A stretch of DNA of 54,851 bases from a virus (lineage: Duplodnaviria > Caudoviricetes), in IMG/VR virus record IMGVR_UViG_3300027733_001467, positions 1 through 54,851 of that record. The stretch is one strand, 5' to 3'. A program made the translations under genes and the position numbers. The notes beneath the pieces were generated by a model. It searched no databases, was not told where the DNA came from, and worked only from the letters and a program-made list of their open reading frames with translations. Positions 8,336 through 20,300 of the stretch are shown here, piece after piece (the first letter of the stretch is position 1; each line of letters starts with the position of its first letter).

Positions 8336-9568
8336 ATGGGACTGGTTAATAGTAGAATAGCAAATTCTAATAATTTACAAAATAATACAGAAATAATATC
8401 TAAAAAAACTGGATATGTATATGATGTTATTTTAGATGAAACACATGAGTATGCAAAAAGTAAGGGATATGGTTCTGCTGTAATTGGTTCTATTTTATTT
8501 AGAACAACTGATATGCTGGATATACCATCTGCACAATTACCATTAGCACATCCAAGTGATAAAAACTTTATAAATATTCCTGTTGTAAATGAAATTGTTG
8601 AAATATATGAATTTGCTAGAGGTTCGTATGCATATAGAAGAATAGGAAATTCTCCAAATCCATCATTATCGGCATCTGATGATGCAATAGCAAGTCATAT
8701 AATATCAGATAAAAAAGATAGTGCTGGTACAAAAGATGATTATCAAAAAGTTTCTGAAACTGGAATTTCAAAAAGTAATTCTAATAATTCAAAAAAATAT
8801 AATGGATTTGGAAAATACTACAATCCTCAAGAATCTATTCATAAATTAAAATTATATGAAGGAGATTCTTTAATTGAAAGTAGGTTTGGCCAATCAATAC
8901 GATTTTCTGGATTTAATAATTCTGAAAATAAATTTTATCCAACTTTAATAATAAGAAATTTACAAAGTTCAAAATATAAAACAAAAGAACCTGGCCAATC
9001 TGTAGAAGAGGATGTAAATACAGATGGCAGTATTATAGCAATGACATCTGAACAATTTCCATTAGGATTTTTACCAGGTGTAGTTGATGATAAAGGAAAA
9101 TCAGATTTTCAAACAAAGCCAGATTCATTTATGGATTATCCATCTAAATTAATTGGAGACCAATTGCTTTTAAATTCTGGTAGAATAATAATATCTGCAA
9201 AAAACGCAGAAATGATATTTTATTCAAAAAAGAATTATGGATTTATATCAGATGGTGCTATGTCAATAGATAATAAGTTGGGAATTGATGTTAGTGTTGG
9301 TGATGATATTAATATTATTACAAATGATAGAGATATACAAATGATAACTGGAAATGGTTCAATTATTTTAGGAAGTAAAGATTTAGAACCAATAGTTAAG
9401 GGACAGCAATTAGTTGATATTTTAGCAGAACTAATAGATGCAATAACTCAACAAATTTTTTTAACGCCGGCTGGACCAACAGCGGTAGGGCCCACAAATA
9501 TATCAGATTTTGGTTCAATAAAATCAAAGTTAAATAATATTCTTAGTAAACTGAATCAAACATCTTAA
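8336..9568 (+). CDS. Putative baseplate hub/spike (gp5-like)
   Basis: N-terminal OB-fold-like segment (IPVVNEIVEI), YEGDSLIESRFGQSIRF, short beta-repeat C-region; located upstream of gp25 and gp6. Confidence 0.6.
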   Translation: MGLVNSRIANSNNLQNNTEIISKKTGYVYDVILDETHEYAKSKGYGSAVIGSILFRTTDMLDIPSAQLPLAHPSDKNFINIPVVNEIVEIYEFARGSYAYRRIGNSPNPSLSASDDAIASHIISDKKDSAGTKDDYQKVSETGISKSNSNNSKKYNGFGKYYNPQESIHKLKLYEGDSLIESRFGQSIRFSGFNNSENKFYPTLIIRNLQSSKYKTKEPGQSVEEDVNTDGSIIAMTSEQFPLGFLPGVVDDKGKSDFQTKPDSFMDYPSKLIGDQLLLNSGRIIISAKNAEMIFYSKKNYGFISDGAMSIDNKLGIDVSVGDDINIITNDRDIQMITGNGSIILGSKDLEPIVKGQQLVDILAELIDAITQQIFLTPAGPTAVGPTNISDFGSIKSKLNNILSKLNQTS

Positions 9569-9569
9569 T

Positions 9570-10883
9570 ATGTCTTGGCAGATATTTAAAAATAGTATAT
9601 TATCAGTTATTAAAGCAGGTGATGCTTTAAATAGTGTAGATGAAATGGCCACTTTATATGCAACTGCATATGATACTGCTATAAAAAGTGGCGGAGATAC
9701 TGTAAATAAAATAAAAATAAAAAATGGTAATCTGCCATTAATGATTCAATTATTTAAAATAAACTTTTATACAGGGCAAGCATCTATGGTGCCGTATGAT
9801 TGGGTTGGTGGAATGAAGCCCGGAATACTTACATATTGGCAAGGAGCTGAATTAGAAACAGCACCCATACCAATAATACCTGCAATTGGGTCTGTTGTAA
9901 ATATAAAAAATGTGTCTGGTACAGTTACTACGCCAGGCGATTGGCAACCCGGTTCTCCATTACCACCTAATAGCAATCCGAATTTAATTATAGATGCATT
10001 TATAGTAAACGCAATTGCACATTTACAAACTGTAAGTGGTATTATAAGTACTATATCCTTATACCCACCATTGGCAACTCCGGGTCCTGGTATTGTAAAT
10101 TGGTCTGGCTATTTTGTAGAACCAGCATCGCCGGGATTATCGATAATGGTAGATGAGCCATCCACAGAAGCATTATTAGAAACAATACCAGACGATAATA
10201 ATACGGTAGAAGGAGCTAAAGCTGTGGTTGCAGAAACTGGAGCTGAAGTTTTAACTGATGGTGGAGAAGATGGCGGCGAACAAATAGAAGCAATCAAAGA
10301 TGAATTACCACCTGATAATCCACCATACGAAGAAGTTCCAGAGGAGGAAGCTGAGGAAGTTAGTACAACCGAAGAAACAACTAATGAAGAACCAACTCCA
10401 ACAAATTGTAATTTTGGTTCTATAAACTATAATATGAATTTATCTCCAAATTATAGATTAAGAGATTTATCAATTGGATGTGTGTTTGCTCATAAAATTA
10501 AAGCACAGGTTGGTTTAAGTGAAAAAGATATTATTTGTAATTTAAGAAATATAGCAGTTAATATATTAGAACCATTAAGAGAAAGATATCCAAATATTAG
10601 AATAAATTCGGCATTTAGAGGTACGGCTAGTATACCAGGTGGAGTATCTCAGCATCAAAAAGGAGAAGCGATTGATATTCAAATACCAGGCGCATCTCCT
10701 AAACAATATATACCATTAGCAAATTGGATAAGAACTCATTTACCATTTGACCAATTGATATTTGAACATGGAAACACAGTGTGGTTACATATAAGTTGTA
10801 AAAAAAGTTCAGGACAAAGAAAACAACTACTTACTATGTATAAAGGTAGATATTCCAGTGGTTTAAAGCTATACTATGTTTAA
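9570..10883 (+). CDS. Protein with C-terminal M15 Zn peptidase (peptidoglycan hydrolase)
   Basis: INSAFR, SQHQKGEAIDI (HxxxxxxD) and WLHIS motifs after an acidic linker. Confidence 0.85.
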   Translation: MSWQIFKNSILSVIKAGDALNSVDEMATLYATAYDTAIKSGGDTVNKIKIKNGNLPLMIQLFKINFYTGQASMVPYDWVGGMKPGILTYWQGAELETAPIPIIPAIGSVVNIKNVSGTVTTPGDWQPGSPLPPNSNPNLIIDAFIVNAIAHLQTVSGIISTISLYPPLATPGPGIVNWSGYFVEPASPGLSIMVDEPSTEALLETIPDDNNTVEGAKAVVAETGAEVLTDGGEDGGEQIEAIKDELPPDNPPYEEVPEEEAEEVSTTEETTNEEPTPTNCNFGSINYNMNLSPNYRLRDLSIGCVFAHKIKAQVGLSEKDIICNLRNIAVNILEPLRERYPNIRINSAFRGTASIPGGVSQHQKGEAIDIQIPGASPKQYIPLANWIRTHLPFDQLIFEHGNTVWLHISCKKSSGQRKQLLTMYKGRYSSGLKLYYV

Positions 10884-10906
10884 TTCCCAAAAATACTCAA
10901 TTCAAA

Positions 10907-10914
10907 TATTTATA
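10907..10914 (+). promoter_or_regulatory. TATTTATA putative late-promoter motif
   Basis: Intergenic octamer before ATG 10943. Confidence 0.6.
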
Positions 10915-10942
10915 AACATAACAAAAACAATATATTATCAAT

Positions 10943-11446
10943 ATGGACACAGATAAACTATTAAAAGCTATACAAATCCTTATAAAAGAGGAATTGAAGG
11001 AGCAATTACCTGCGTTAATCAAAGAATCCGTAAAAGCGGAAGTAAAAAGATTATTAAGTGAAGGTAAGCAACCAGCTCCAAAAAAGGAATCAACTGGAAT
11101 TTCAATGGCTAAAGCTATATTAGGGGATGAATCTATTCAAGAATCAATAGCACAAAATGTAACACCACAAAAGCAATTTAGCAAAAACCCAATGATTAAC
11201 CAAATCTTAAATGAAACAAGAGGAGGAATTCCACAGGGTGATGGTGGGTTCAGAACAATGAATTTTGGACAAGGTGATATGGGTTCAATTGCAGGTAGAA
11301 CTGCAGTTGCTGAAAAAATGGGTTATGGTGATTTAGCAAAAGGACCTTCTCCAACTGGATTAGGTGTTCAGACTGGCGTACCTGAATTAGATAAAGCGTT
11401 GAATAGAGATTATTCAGAACTTGTAAAAAGATTTAATAAAAAGTAA
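10943..11446 (+). CDS. Hypothetical protein (IKE/LKE/LSE/LNE-rich)
   Basis: 167-aa ORF whose stop overlaps the next start. Confidence 0.8.
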   Translation: MDTDKLLKAIQILIKEELKEQLPALIKESVKAEVKRLLSEGKQPAPKKESTGISMAKAILGDESIQESIAQNVTPQKQFSKNPMINQILNETRGGIPQGDGGFRTMNFGQGDMGSIAGRTAVAEKMGYGDLAKGPSPTGLGVQTGVPELDKALNRDYSELVKRFNKK

Positions 11447-11874
11447 TGGCAATAATATTAGGTAGTAAGTTAGTTAATGATACAAAAGAATTTAACGATT
11501 ATGCGGTTGGTATATCTTTACCAATTCAAATAGGAAATACTGCCTTTAACCAAAATTTTACAACCGAAGATGAAGTAAAAACAAATATAGTAAGTTTACT
11601 ATCAACTAAACGAGGAGAAAGAATAATGCAACCTCAATTGGGAAGTGGTTTACAAGAATTGTTATTTGAGCAAAACGATGGTACGTTAGCTGATAGAATT
11701 GAAGAAGAAATAAATAATACTATTGAGATGTGGTTACCATTTGTTAATGTAGAACAAATAAATGTAGAACAATCGGATTATTTAAAAGATACTAATACAG
11801 TTAATGTAAATATTACATTTACAATTGGTAATAATCCTCAGTTAAGTAATGTAACTTTTAATATAACACAATAA
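11446..11874 (+). CDS. Baseplate wedge subunit, GPW/gp25 family
   Basis: LLSTKRGERIMQPQLGSGLQELLFE and IEMWLPFV motifs. Confidence 0.9.
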   Translation: MAIILGSKLVNDTKEFNDYAVGISLPIQIGNTAFNQNFTTEDEVKTNIVSLLSTKRGERIMQPQLGSGLQELLFEQNDGTLADRIEEEINNTIEMWLPFVNVEQINVEQSDYLKDTNTVNVNITFTIGNNPQLSNVTFNITQ

Positions 11875-11880
11875 TAGGAA

Positions 11881-13923
11881 ATGGCAATTAATACAATAAA
11901 TAAAAATTTTAAAAACAAGGGAAAGGATATAAAGTACCTTAATAAAGATTTTGCGGATTTTCGCCAAAACCTTATTGATTTTACTAAAACATATTTTCCA
12001 AAAACATATTCTGATTTCAATGAGACATCACCTGGTATGATGTTTATAGAATTATCATCTTATATTGGTGATGTTCTTTCATACTACATAGATGATACTC
12101 TTAAAGAATCTATGATGTCATCAGCTGAGGATATTGGTAGTGTTATTGCATTAGCTCAATATTTGGGATACAAACCAAAAGTAACTGGAGCAGCAATAAC
12201 AACATTATCTGTATATCAATTAGTACCATCTATTGGTAGTGGTATTAATAATAAACCTGATAGTAGATATTATTTAAGAATAAAAAGTGGAATGAAATCC
12301 ACATCAAAAACAAATTCAATAGAATTTGTAACAACCGATACTGTAGATTTTTCCGATGAAATGGATAGAGAAATAACAGTATATCAAACCGATTCTATTA
12401 CAGGAGAACCTTTATTTTATTTACTTAAAAAGTATGTTCAAGCAATATCAGCAACTCAAAAAAGCTTAGATATATCCTTTGGTTCGTATCAATCATTTCA
12501 AACAATAGATATTACTGATACAAATGTAATTCAAATTTATGATGTTAGGGATTCGAATGGTAATAAATGGTATGAAGTTCCTTATTTAGCACAAGAAATG
12601 GTTTTTATTGAACAACCAAATACAGAATCAAATGATCCTGATTTATATCAATTTAAATCAACTGTTCCTTATGTTTTAAAAACTATTAAAACTCCAAAAA
12701 GATTTACTACAAAAATAAATCAAGATAGTACAACAACTATTCAATTTGGAGCAGGTGACCCATCTGCCGCTGATGAGATGTTGATACCAAATCTTAAAAA
12801 TGTTGGATTGGGATTACCCAATTCTATTAGTAAGTTAGAGGAATCGTTTGACCCAACAAATTTCTTAAAAACAAAAACATATGGTACATCCCCATCGAAT
12901 ACAACTATAACAGTAACATATTTGGTAGGAGGTGGAATTAGTTCAAATGTAAATAGTGGAGAACTAACAACAATATCTGGTATTTCATATGATGATGATA
13001 CAACAAATTTAACTCAAGCAGAATTACTAACATATAATACAATTAAAAATTCTGTAGCTATTGATAATGAAGTACCTGCCGTTGGCGGTAGAAACGGAGA
13101 TACATTAGAAGAAATTAGACAAAATGCATTGGCAAATTTTGGAGCACAAAATAGAGCAGTAACTGCAAACGATTATCAAGTAAGAGTATTATCAATGCCA
13201 TCCAAATTTGGAGCAATAGCAAAAGCATATGCAACTGCCGATGGTACATTAGATAACAACTCACCATCTTCTATATTAGCATCACCAAAGCATTTGCAAG
13301 AATTTACTGATTTGGTAATGGGATTTGTAAATACAACAGCTACTGGAACTAAACCAACTACTCAAACTATTCAAAATGATTTAAAAAACTTTTTTATAGG
13401 TAAGGTTGCAAATCAAAGTGAAAAGAATAATCCATTTGCAATTAATTTATATTTGTTAGGATATGATAATAACGGAAATTTAACTAATATTAATAGAGCT
13501 GTTAAAGAAAACCTTAAAACATATTTAAACGAATATAAAATTTTAACTGATGGTATTAATATAATAGATGGGTTTATTGTTAATATAGGAATTGATTTTG
13601 AAATAATTGCTTATGAAAATTATAATAAATCCGAATTATTAACAAAATGTATATCCGAACTAAAAGATTATTTTAGTATAGATAATTGGCAATTTAATCA
13701 AACCATTAATTTAAGTGAGGTTGAATTGTTATTAGCAAATGTAGAGGGTGTATCATCTGTTCCAAAAGTACAATTAACAAATAAATGCGGTGGTACTAAT
13801 TATTCACCAAATTCATATAATATAGAAGCGGCAACTAAAGATAAGATTGTGTATCCATCGTTAGACCCTTGTGTTTTTGAAATAAAGTTTCCAAATCAAG
13901 ATATAAAAGGTAGAGTAAGATAA
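11881..13923 (+). CDS. Baseplate wedge subunit, T4 gp6 / baseplate J-like
   Basis: KDFADFRQNL..F...Y.DF, ALAQYLGYKP, IQFG, GG...D.LEEIR and QNRAVTANDY motifs. Confidence 0.9.
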   Translation: MAINTINKNFKNKGKDIKYLNKDFADFRQNLIDFTKTYFPKTYSDFNETSPGMMFIELSSYIGDVLSYYIDDTLKESMMSSAEDIGSVIALAQYLGYKPKVTGAAITTLSVYQLVPSIGSGINNKPDSRYYLRIKSGMKSTSKTNSIEFVTTDTVDFSDEMDREITVYQTDSITGEPLFYLLKKYVQAISATQKSLDISFGSYQSFQTIDITDTNVIQIYDVRDSNGNKWYEVPYLAQEMVFIEQPNTESNDPDLYQFKSTVPYVLKTIKTPKRFTTKINQDSTTTIQFGAGDPSAADEMLIPNLKNVGLGLPNSISKLEESFDPTNFLKTKTYGTSPSNTTITVTYLVGGGISSNVNSGELTTISGISYDDDTTNLTQAELLTYNTIKNSVAIDNEVPAVGGRNGDTLEEIRQNALANFGAQNRAVTANDYQVRVLSMPSKFGAIAKAYATADGTLDNNSPSSILASPKHLQEFTDLVMGFVNTTATGTKPTTQTIQNDLKNFFIGKVANQSEKNNPFAINLYLLGYDNNGNLTNINRAVKENLKTYLNEYKILTDGINIIDGFIVNIGIDFEIIAYENYNKSELLTKCISELKDYFSIDNWQFNQTINLSEVELLLANVEGVSSVPKVQLTNKCGGTNYSPNSYNIEAATKDKIVYPSLDPCVFEIKFPNQDIKGRVR

Positions 13924-14996
13924 TGTATAACTTTTTAACAGCATCAAAAGATGCATCGGTTTATTTACAACAACCTAATCAAAATACTGGTTTAGACCAA
14001 ATATTGGAAGTTAGTAAAGTTTATTATGGTGGTATTAAAGAGATATCAAGAGCTTTAATTAAGTTTGATATATCTTCATTACATACTGGTTCTCATATAT
14101 CAGAAGCTTCTCTTTTACTCAAGGAAACTAAGAGCGAAGAAATTCCATTAGAATATACACTATATGCACATCCAATTTCACAAAGTTGGGAAATGGGTAT
14201 AGGTACTAGATTTGATGATATTTCAACCGAAGGTATTTCTTGGAGATATAGAGAAGGTAACTCAAAGATAGATTGGTTGAATGATACAACAAACGATGGT
14301 ATAACTACGAATTTTGCAGCAGGTTCTACTGGTTCTTATGCAGGATATGGTGGAGTATGGTACACTAACTATCAATCAACTAAATTATATTCATATAATA
14401 CAGCTGATGTAGTTATGGATATTAAACCAATGTTAAATGCATGGATTAGTGGTTCTATTCCTAATGATGGATTAATATTAAAGCATCAAAATAGTTTAGA
14501 AGATAATACCGAAGATTATGGTATATTAAAATTCTTTAGTAAAGAAACACATACAATATATCAACCAAAAATACGAATTGGCTGGGATGACCAAACATTT
14601 GAAACTGGTTCATTAACTGCATTAACATCTGAGCAATTTAAAATTGGTATAACAAATAGTAAAAGTGAATACAAAGTTGGAACATCTCCAAAAGTTAGAA
14701 TATTTGGTAGAGAAATGTATCCATTAAAAACATTTAATAATTCATTTAATCAATATACTCAAATAAATTATTTACCAATTACATCGTATTATCAAATAAT
14801 TGATTTTGAATCTGGAGATGTAATAATTCCATTTTCAGAATATTCTAAAATTAGTTGTGATGCAAACGGAAACTATGTTCAATTGGATTTGAGAAATTGG
14901 GAAACTGATAGAGTTTATAAAATAGAGTTTAAAATAACATTCAATGACGGAGATGTTTATTTTGATAATGACATAACATTTAGCGTTGTAAAATAA
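13923..14996 (+). CDS. Putative baseplate/tail structural protein (beta-sandwich, DNRLRE-like)
   Basis: ASKDASV..Q.PNQNTG, RALIKFD, W......NDGLILK and F.SKE motifs; lies in the baseplate operon. Confidence 0.65.
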   Translation: MYNFLTASKDASVYLQQPNQNTGLDQILEVSKVYYGGIKEISRALIKFDISSLHTGSHISEASLLLKETKSEEIPLEYTLYAHPISQSWEMGIGTRFDDISTEGISWRYREGNSKIDWLNDTTNDGITTNFAAGSTGSYAGYGGVWYTNYQSTKLYSYNTADVVMDIKPMLNAWISGSIPNDGLILKHQNSLEDNTEDYGILKFFSKETHTIYQPKIRIGWDDQTFETGSLTALTSEQFKIGITNSKSEYKVGTSPKVRIFGREMYPLKTFNNSFNQYTQINYLPITSYYQIIDFESGDVIIPFSEYSKISCDANGNYVQLDLRNWETDRVYKIEFKITFNDGDVYFDNDITFSVVK

Positions 14997-14997
14997 A

Positions 14998-16086
14998 ATG
15001 ATAAAAACAGGATTACAAAATGAGCAGTTGGTTAGTAATCTTTTGATTAGTGGTTCTTTAGGAATCAAATCAAAAAATACTAATGGTATTAATTTATTTG
15101 AAGAATTAGACGTAAATGATGGTGTCATTTCGGCAAAATTAACAAAACCAAATTATGATAATACTGAACTTAAAAAATCAATAGATACTGTAATTGTAGA
15201 ATTAATACCAATTCAAGCACCTGATTTACCTGATACAGTATTACGTTCTGTTTATAATCCAGTAACACAATCAGTAATTGATTTAACGGCTGAGGTTGTA
15301 ATATTAAATAATAATATAGTAGATTTAAGAGCAAAAGTAAGTTCATTGGAAATTGTAACACAAAGTTTAAGAGTTGAAATAGATAATCAAAAAATTATTA
15401 CAGCAACATTCCAAAACCAAACCCAATTAGCTAATTCTACAATAGAAACATCAATAGTTGATTTACAAAATTCAATACAAAAAGCAACATCTGAAGCAAT
15501 ACAAAGAGTTTCATTGACTGCTAGAAATCAATCATTAGAGCAAGAAATATCTTCACTTAGAATAGATATATCAGCAAAAGAACAAGCATTAACAGCTGGT
15601 GCAGTTTCAACTGGACAAATAGCAAGTATATTATTTGACAAAGGAGACCCTACAAAAGAAACTACTAAGCAAATGATTGGTATGGATTATGGTGGAGGTA
15701 ATGCACCATCCGGTCAATTTGGAGCATGTGGTAACGAATATCAAAAAACATTTAGAAGTTACTTTGAAGTAATAGCATCATCAGCTCTTACCGGAACAAA
15801 AGAAATCTCTCTTGATTTAAAATTTACAGGTAGAGCAACACAATCTCCTTGGGATTTTGGTGTAACATTTCCTCTTAAATTAAAAAATGGTGAAACTAAA
15901 AGATTTGAATTTAAAAAAGCTTCAGATTATTGGAAAAACTCACAAGGTCAATATGATGTTGGTTGGGGTCCTTGGAAAAGTTGGAAACCGTCTGAATGGG
16001 ATTTTACAATGAGTGTTATTGTAACTGATAGCGAAGGTAAAACTGAAAATAAAGATTTCACATTCCATATATATAAATATCAATAA
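14998..16086 (+). CDS. Putative structural protein with central coiled coil
   Basis: Heptad-like segment at about aa 90-200 and a beta-rich C-domain. Confidence 0.7.
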   Translation: MIKTGLQNEQLVSNLLISGSLGIKSKNTNGINLFEELDVNDGVISAKLTKPNYDNTELKKSIDTVIVELIPIQAPDLPDTVLRSVYNPVTQSVIDLTAEVVILNNNIVDLRAKVSSLEIVTQSLRVEIDNQKIITATFQNQTQLANSTIETSIVDLQNSIQKATSEAIQRVSLTARNQSLEQEISSLRIDISAKEQALTAGAVSTGQIASILFDKGDPTKETTKQMIGMDYGGGNAPSGQFGACGNEYQKTFRSYFEVIASSALTGTKEISLDLKFTGRATQSPWDFGVTFPLKLKNGETKRFEFKKASDYWKNSQGQYDVGWGPWKSWKPSEWDFTMSVIVTDSEGKTENKDFTFHIYKYQ

Positions 16087-16099
16087 ACATATACAATAA

Positions 16100-17296
16100 A
16101 TGGCAATACAAAATTTTAAAAATATAGTTGATTCAAAAGCGTATAGAGTTGATAGTAAAGATAGAGAAATCTTTGAAACAGGAGATTTACAATCTTTTTT
16201 TGGATTAAGTGATTCAGATTCTATTGAATTTATAATATATGATGCAAACGATAATCAATTACCGCAATCAAATTATGGATTGGTTAGATATGTTCCATTA
16301 ACAACTCAAAATATTAGAGATTACTTTCTTATAGCAGATGGTACTGTATTTCAGCGTTTTAATTTTCCAAACGAATATTTTATTGATGTTGAACGATTAT
16401 TAAAAGAAGCTGGATATAATAATGGTATATTTAAAACACAAATTACTTTAATTAGTAATAGAATTGGTAGTAATTCAAAGTATGATAAACTTTGGATTTC
16501 TGAAATATCACCATCAAGAACAGAAATAAGATTACTACCATTAAAAAGAAAAGAAACTGAAAATACTGATTTATTTCAAAGATTCGGTGTAATGATACAT
16601 GATGGTGAATTTAGAGATGATACAATTTACTATGCAATTGAATTTATTGAAAAAATAAATCCAACTCAAATATCAATTTATATAAAAGAAAAGTATTCTG
16701 AAAATTGGTTTAATAAACTTAATGCAGAATATAACATAAAAGGATTTGAAACATTTACAACAAGTGTTTATACTAAGTTTATGCAATCGGCATTGTATGA
16801 ATTTACAAATAGAATATCGGATATAAGAAATTTAGAATATGGTAATCCAAAACCAACTAAACCACCATTACAACTTTCAAAAGATACTATTCAAGATACT
16901 TGTTATAAACTTTTAATAAAAGCAATTGATTTTTATTTATTAACGCCAACGTTTAGCGAAAACTCAACATATGATACTCAAACAGATGATAGTATGGATA
17001 TTGTTGGGCAGGTTTTACAAAGAACTGAATCAGATACTAAAATAGATACAAAAGATCCTGTTATTAAAAAGGCTGAGATAGTTAAAGTGAACGATGTTGA
17101 AATGGATGTATTATTGGAAAAAGAAAAACCAATGCCTGATGATAGAAACCCAGAACCAGCACCTGAACCAACAAAGCCAACACCTGGAGGTGGAGGTAGT
17201 GGTGGAGGTAGTGGTGGAGGTAGTGGTGGAAATCCTTGGGATTCTAATTATGGTAATAGAGTAGATAGACCGGTAGAAAACGAAGCATTAAAATAA
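16100..17296 (+). CDS. Putative structural protein with Pro/Gly-rich tail
   Basis: 398-aa ORF with ISEISPSRTEIRL; C-terminal PEPAPEP and GGGS repeats. Confidence 0.75.
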   Translation: MAIQNFKNIVDSKAYRVDSKDREIFETGDLQSFFGLSDSDSIEFIIYDANDNQLPQSNYGLVRYVPLTTQNIRDYFLIADGTVFQRFNFPNEYFIDVERLLKEAGYNNGIFKTQITLISNRIGSNSKYDKLWISEISPSRTEIRLLPLKRKETENTDLFQRFGVMIHDGEFRDDTIYYAIEFIEKINPTQISIYIKEKYSENWFNKLNAEYNIKGFETFTTSVYTKFMQSALYEFTNRISDIRNLEYGNPKPTKPPLQLSKDTIQDTCYKLLIKAIDFYLLTPTFSENSTYDTQTDDSMDIVGQVLQRTESDTKIDTKDPVIKKAEIVKVNDVEMDVLLEKEKPMPDDRNPEPAPEPTKPTPGGGGSGGGSGGGSGGNPWDSNYGNRVDRPVENEALK

Positions 17297-17311
17297 AGTA
17301 ATTGTAGAGAA

Positions 17312-20300
17312 ATGATAAATTCAGATGAAATATTATGGGGTAACTCTGTAAATAATGAAAATGGTATTGATTACATAACACCAGCTTATGGCGGTGGTGG
17401 TGCGGCAGGTGGTAGCACATATACTCCTATTGCAGTTGGTACTTACAATGGTACTGTAAATTCTGATATAAATGCATTCTTTTTTATTAAAGCAAATGTG
17501 CCTGGTGTTAGTATATATTTAGATGGAGAGTATATAAATAAAGAAGCACCATATAAAATTAATATTCAATTAAGTGATATAGTTGGAAAGGCAAGAGGAT
17601 ATCGTGAAATTACGGTTAAAAAAACGGCATATAATTCACTTGAAAAATATGTAATATATGCATCAATAAATCCTGATTATGGTAACGATATATATTACAC
17701 TGATGCAGCCCCATTAAGTTCTACATATAATACCACCTCACCATATTTAATTTCAATAAAAAAATATGTAAATGATGTAGACCAATTTTTTCAATACGAT
17801 AATTCGATTATTCAACAAACATTAGATTTTAGTTTAACAGAACAATCCATTAAAGATGATGAAGCAATTTCTTTTAAAAAATTAACAATAACCCTTGATA
17901 ATAATTATGTTAAATTAGTAAAAGATAAATCAAAATCAATACCATTAGTTACTGGTGTTAATACAATAGATGCTGAATTTGGTTCAACCTTTTCAATAGC
18001 ATCATCAGATATAACAAAATATAAAATTAAATCTATAACTTTAAGTGGAGTTGGTAGAAAACAAAAAGTATTAGAAGCGAAAGAATTAGAAAGTATATCT
18101 ACAAGTATTGCATTAGATTATGATACAAATGTAATAATAGTAACAGAAAAATTAAAAGTACTTGCTAAAAATATTCCTGGCCTTGAATTAGTAAATTCCG
18201 AATCAAGCAGAATTTATAATATAAATAGTAAAAAAGATGCACCAATTGGAGTAAAAAAAATTGGAACTGTTGAAAAAATTACAGCATATGTAAATAATCA
18301 AAAATATGAATTTGCTGATTTAGGAAATACAACATCAGAAATATTATTAATTCCAGCAAAAGCATTTTCAGTAATAGGTAATTATAGAATTCTATTAGTA
18401 CCATCAAATTCAGAAGGAGATGGTGATATTATTCAATTAATGTATAATGTTGTTGATGATGTTTATGTAGGAGTTCCTGATATTAGGAATATACAATATC
18501 CATCTGAATTAAGAGGACCTGATTATGTTGGAACTAATGTTGATTTTACTATATCCTATGACTCGATTGATACAACTTTTGTAAGACTTTATGCTGGTAA
18601 AGCTTACATGCAATTAAACTCAAAAGGTAAGCAGGTTTTAAATATAGAAACTCTATTAGGATTATATGATACACCACCTGCACAAGATGGAGAATATATT
18701 TCTTTAGAATTAAAACTTATACCATATAATACAAGTGGAAAATCCGAAGTTATTGGTAAAGCTGAATCTGTATTTATTAAATTTATAAAAAGTAAATTAC
18801 TGATTCCTAGAACTGTAGCTATTAATAGAATAGCTGAAGCTTTTAAGTATCAATTTAAATCAATCGTAGTTCCTGATGACTCATCTAAATATCTTACACA
18901 TTTATTACATTTAGGAGATGGAAACAATAAAGTAATTACAACTTGGACTGGTAGTCAAGAATCTCTTATTTTAAAATTATACGAACCTGTACCAACCGAT
19001 ATCCAAACAAATCAATTAGTATGGATATCTAAATTACAAGCAAATCCAATTATTGAAACAGTAACTTTGCTTGGAACAAGTGAACAATTTTGTCCTCCAT
19101 TAAAAGGACCAAATTTTTCAATAGAAGCTGATAATGGTATTGGGTATAAAGTATATGATGATTTATTAGCTAGTGGGTCTAGTACATCTACGGATTTATT
19201 ATTTAAATACTCTCAGCAAAACGGAATAGATACAACTAAATTAAATATTCAATATGTAAGTGGTTCTGATTATCAGTTTCAAAACTTTGTAAATTTTGGT
19301 TCAGCTGAAGAAAGAATTAATAATTTCTTTTATAAAATACAATTAATAGAAAATTATGAAAGTACTTATACAAAATTAACAAATGGTACTGATTGGACTG
19401 GTTCTATATCAGTTGTAAATGAAGCATCTAAAGTATTAAGTTCTATTAGTGAAATTAAAAGAGCATTTGACGGATTTGAAAATATATTATATACATCATC
19501 ATCTATATACACAACATCAACAGTAGAATCCATATCATATCCATACAGCGGAAGTTCTAGATTAAATACAACTAGTAGTATAGCTATTAATTGGTATAAT
19601 TCTGTAGTAAATATTGCATATGAATATGATAAGTACAATAAGAATTGTTTAATAAATAATTTACCAGAATTTATAAAAGAAAATTCAGAAAATGAAGATT
19701 TTGCTACTTTCTTAGACATGATTGGTAATCATTATGATATAATATGGTCATATATAAATTCAATAGGTAGTAATAAAGTATTAGAACATAAGCAATTAAA
19801 TGGTATAGCAAATGATATGGTATATCAAATGTTAAAATCATTGGGTTGGGATGGTAGAAAAGCATATGATTCTCAATTTCTTTGGGAATATGCATTTGGA
19901 TTGAATAAAGATGGTACGCAAAAATATGGAAAGGATTTTGGAACTGAACCTGTATCTTTAAAAAGTGCTAATGAGGAAGTTTGGAGAAGAATATTAAATA
20001 ACTTACCTTATTTACTAAAACATAAAGGTACGGCTAGAGCTATGAAAGCTATTATGGCTTGTTATGGTGTACCTCAATCTATGTTGACTATAATGGAATT
20101 TGGAGGCCCTCAAAACCCAACTGAAGGAGCTGTAACTAAATTTACATACGATGACAGAACAGCTGCTATTTCTTTAGTTGAAACTTCATCTATAATAGTA
20201 CCTTGGCATACAACACCAAGTACAAGTACATATCCAAATGCAATTGAGTTAGCATTTAAACCATCGGAAATAACTTCAAAAGCAACTTTAATTTCTGGCA

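Noticed and set aside
11446-11874. Lysozyme annotation for the gp25-family protein
   Set aside because: gp25-family proteins are structural sheath-initiating wedge subunits, and no catalytic motif is visible.
17186-17230. GGTGGAGGTAGT-type tandem repeat
   Set aside because: Simply encodes a GGGS linker; no spacers, so not a CRISPR array or regulatory repeat.
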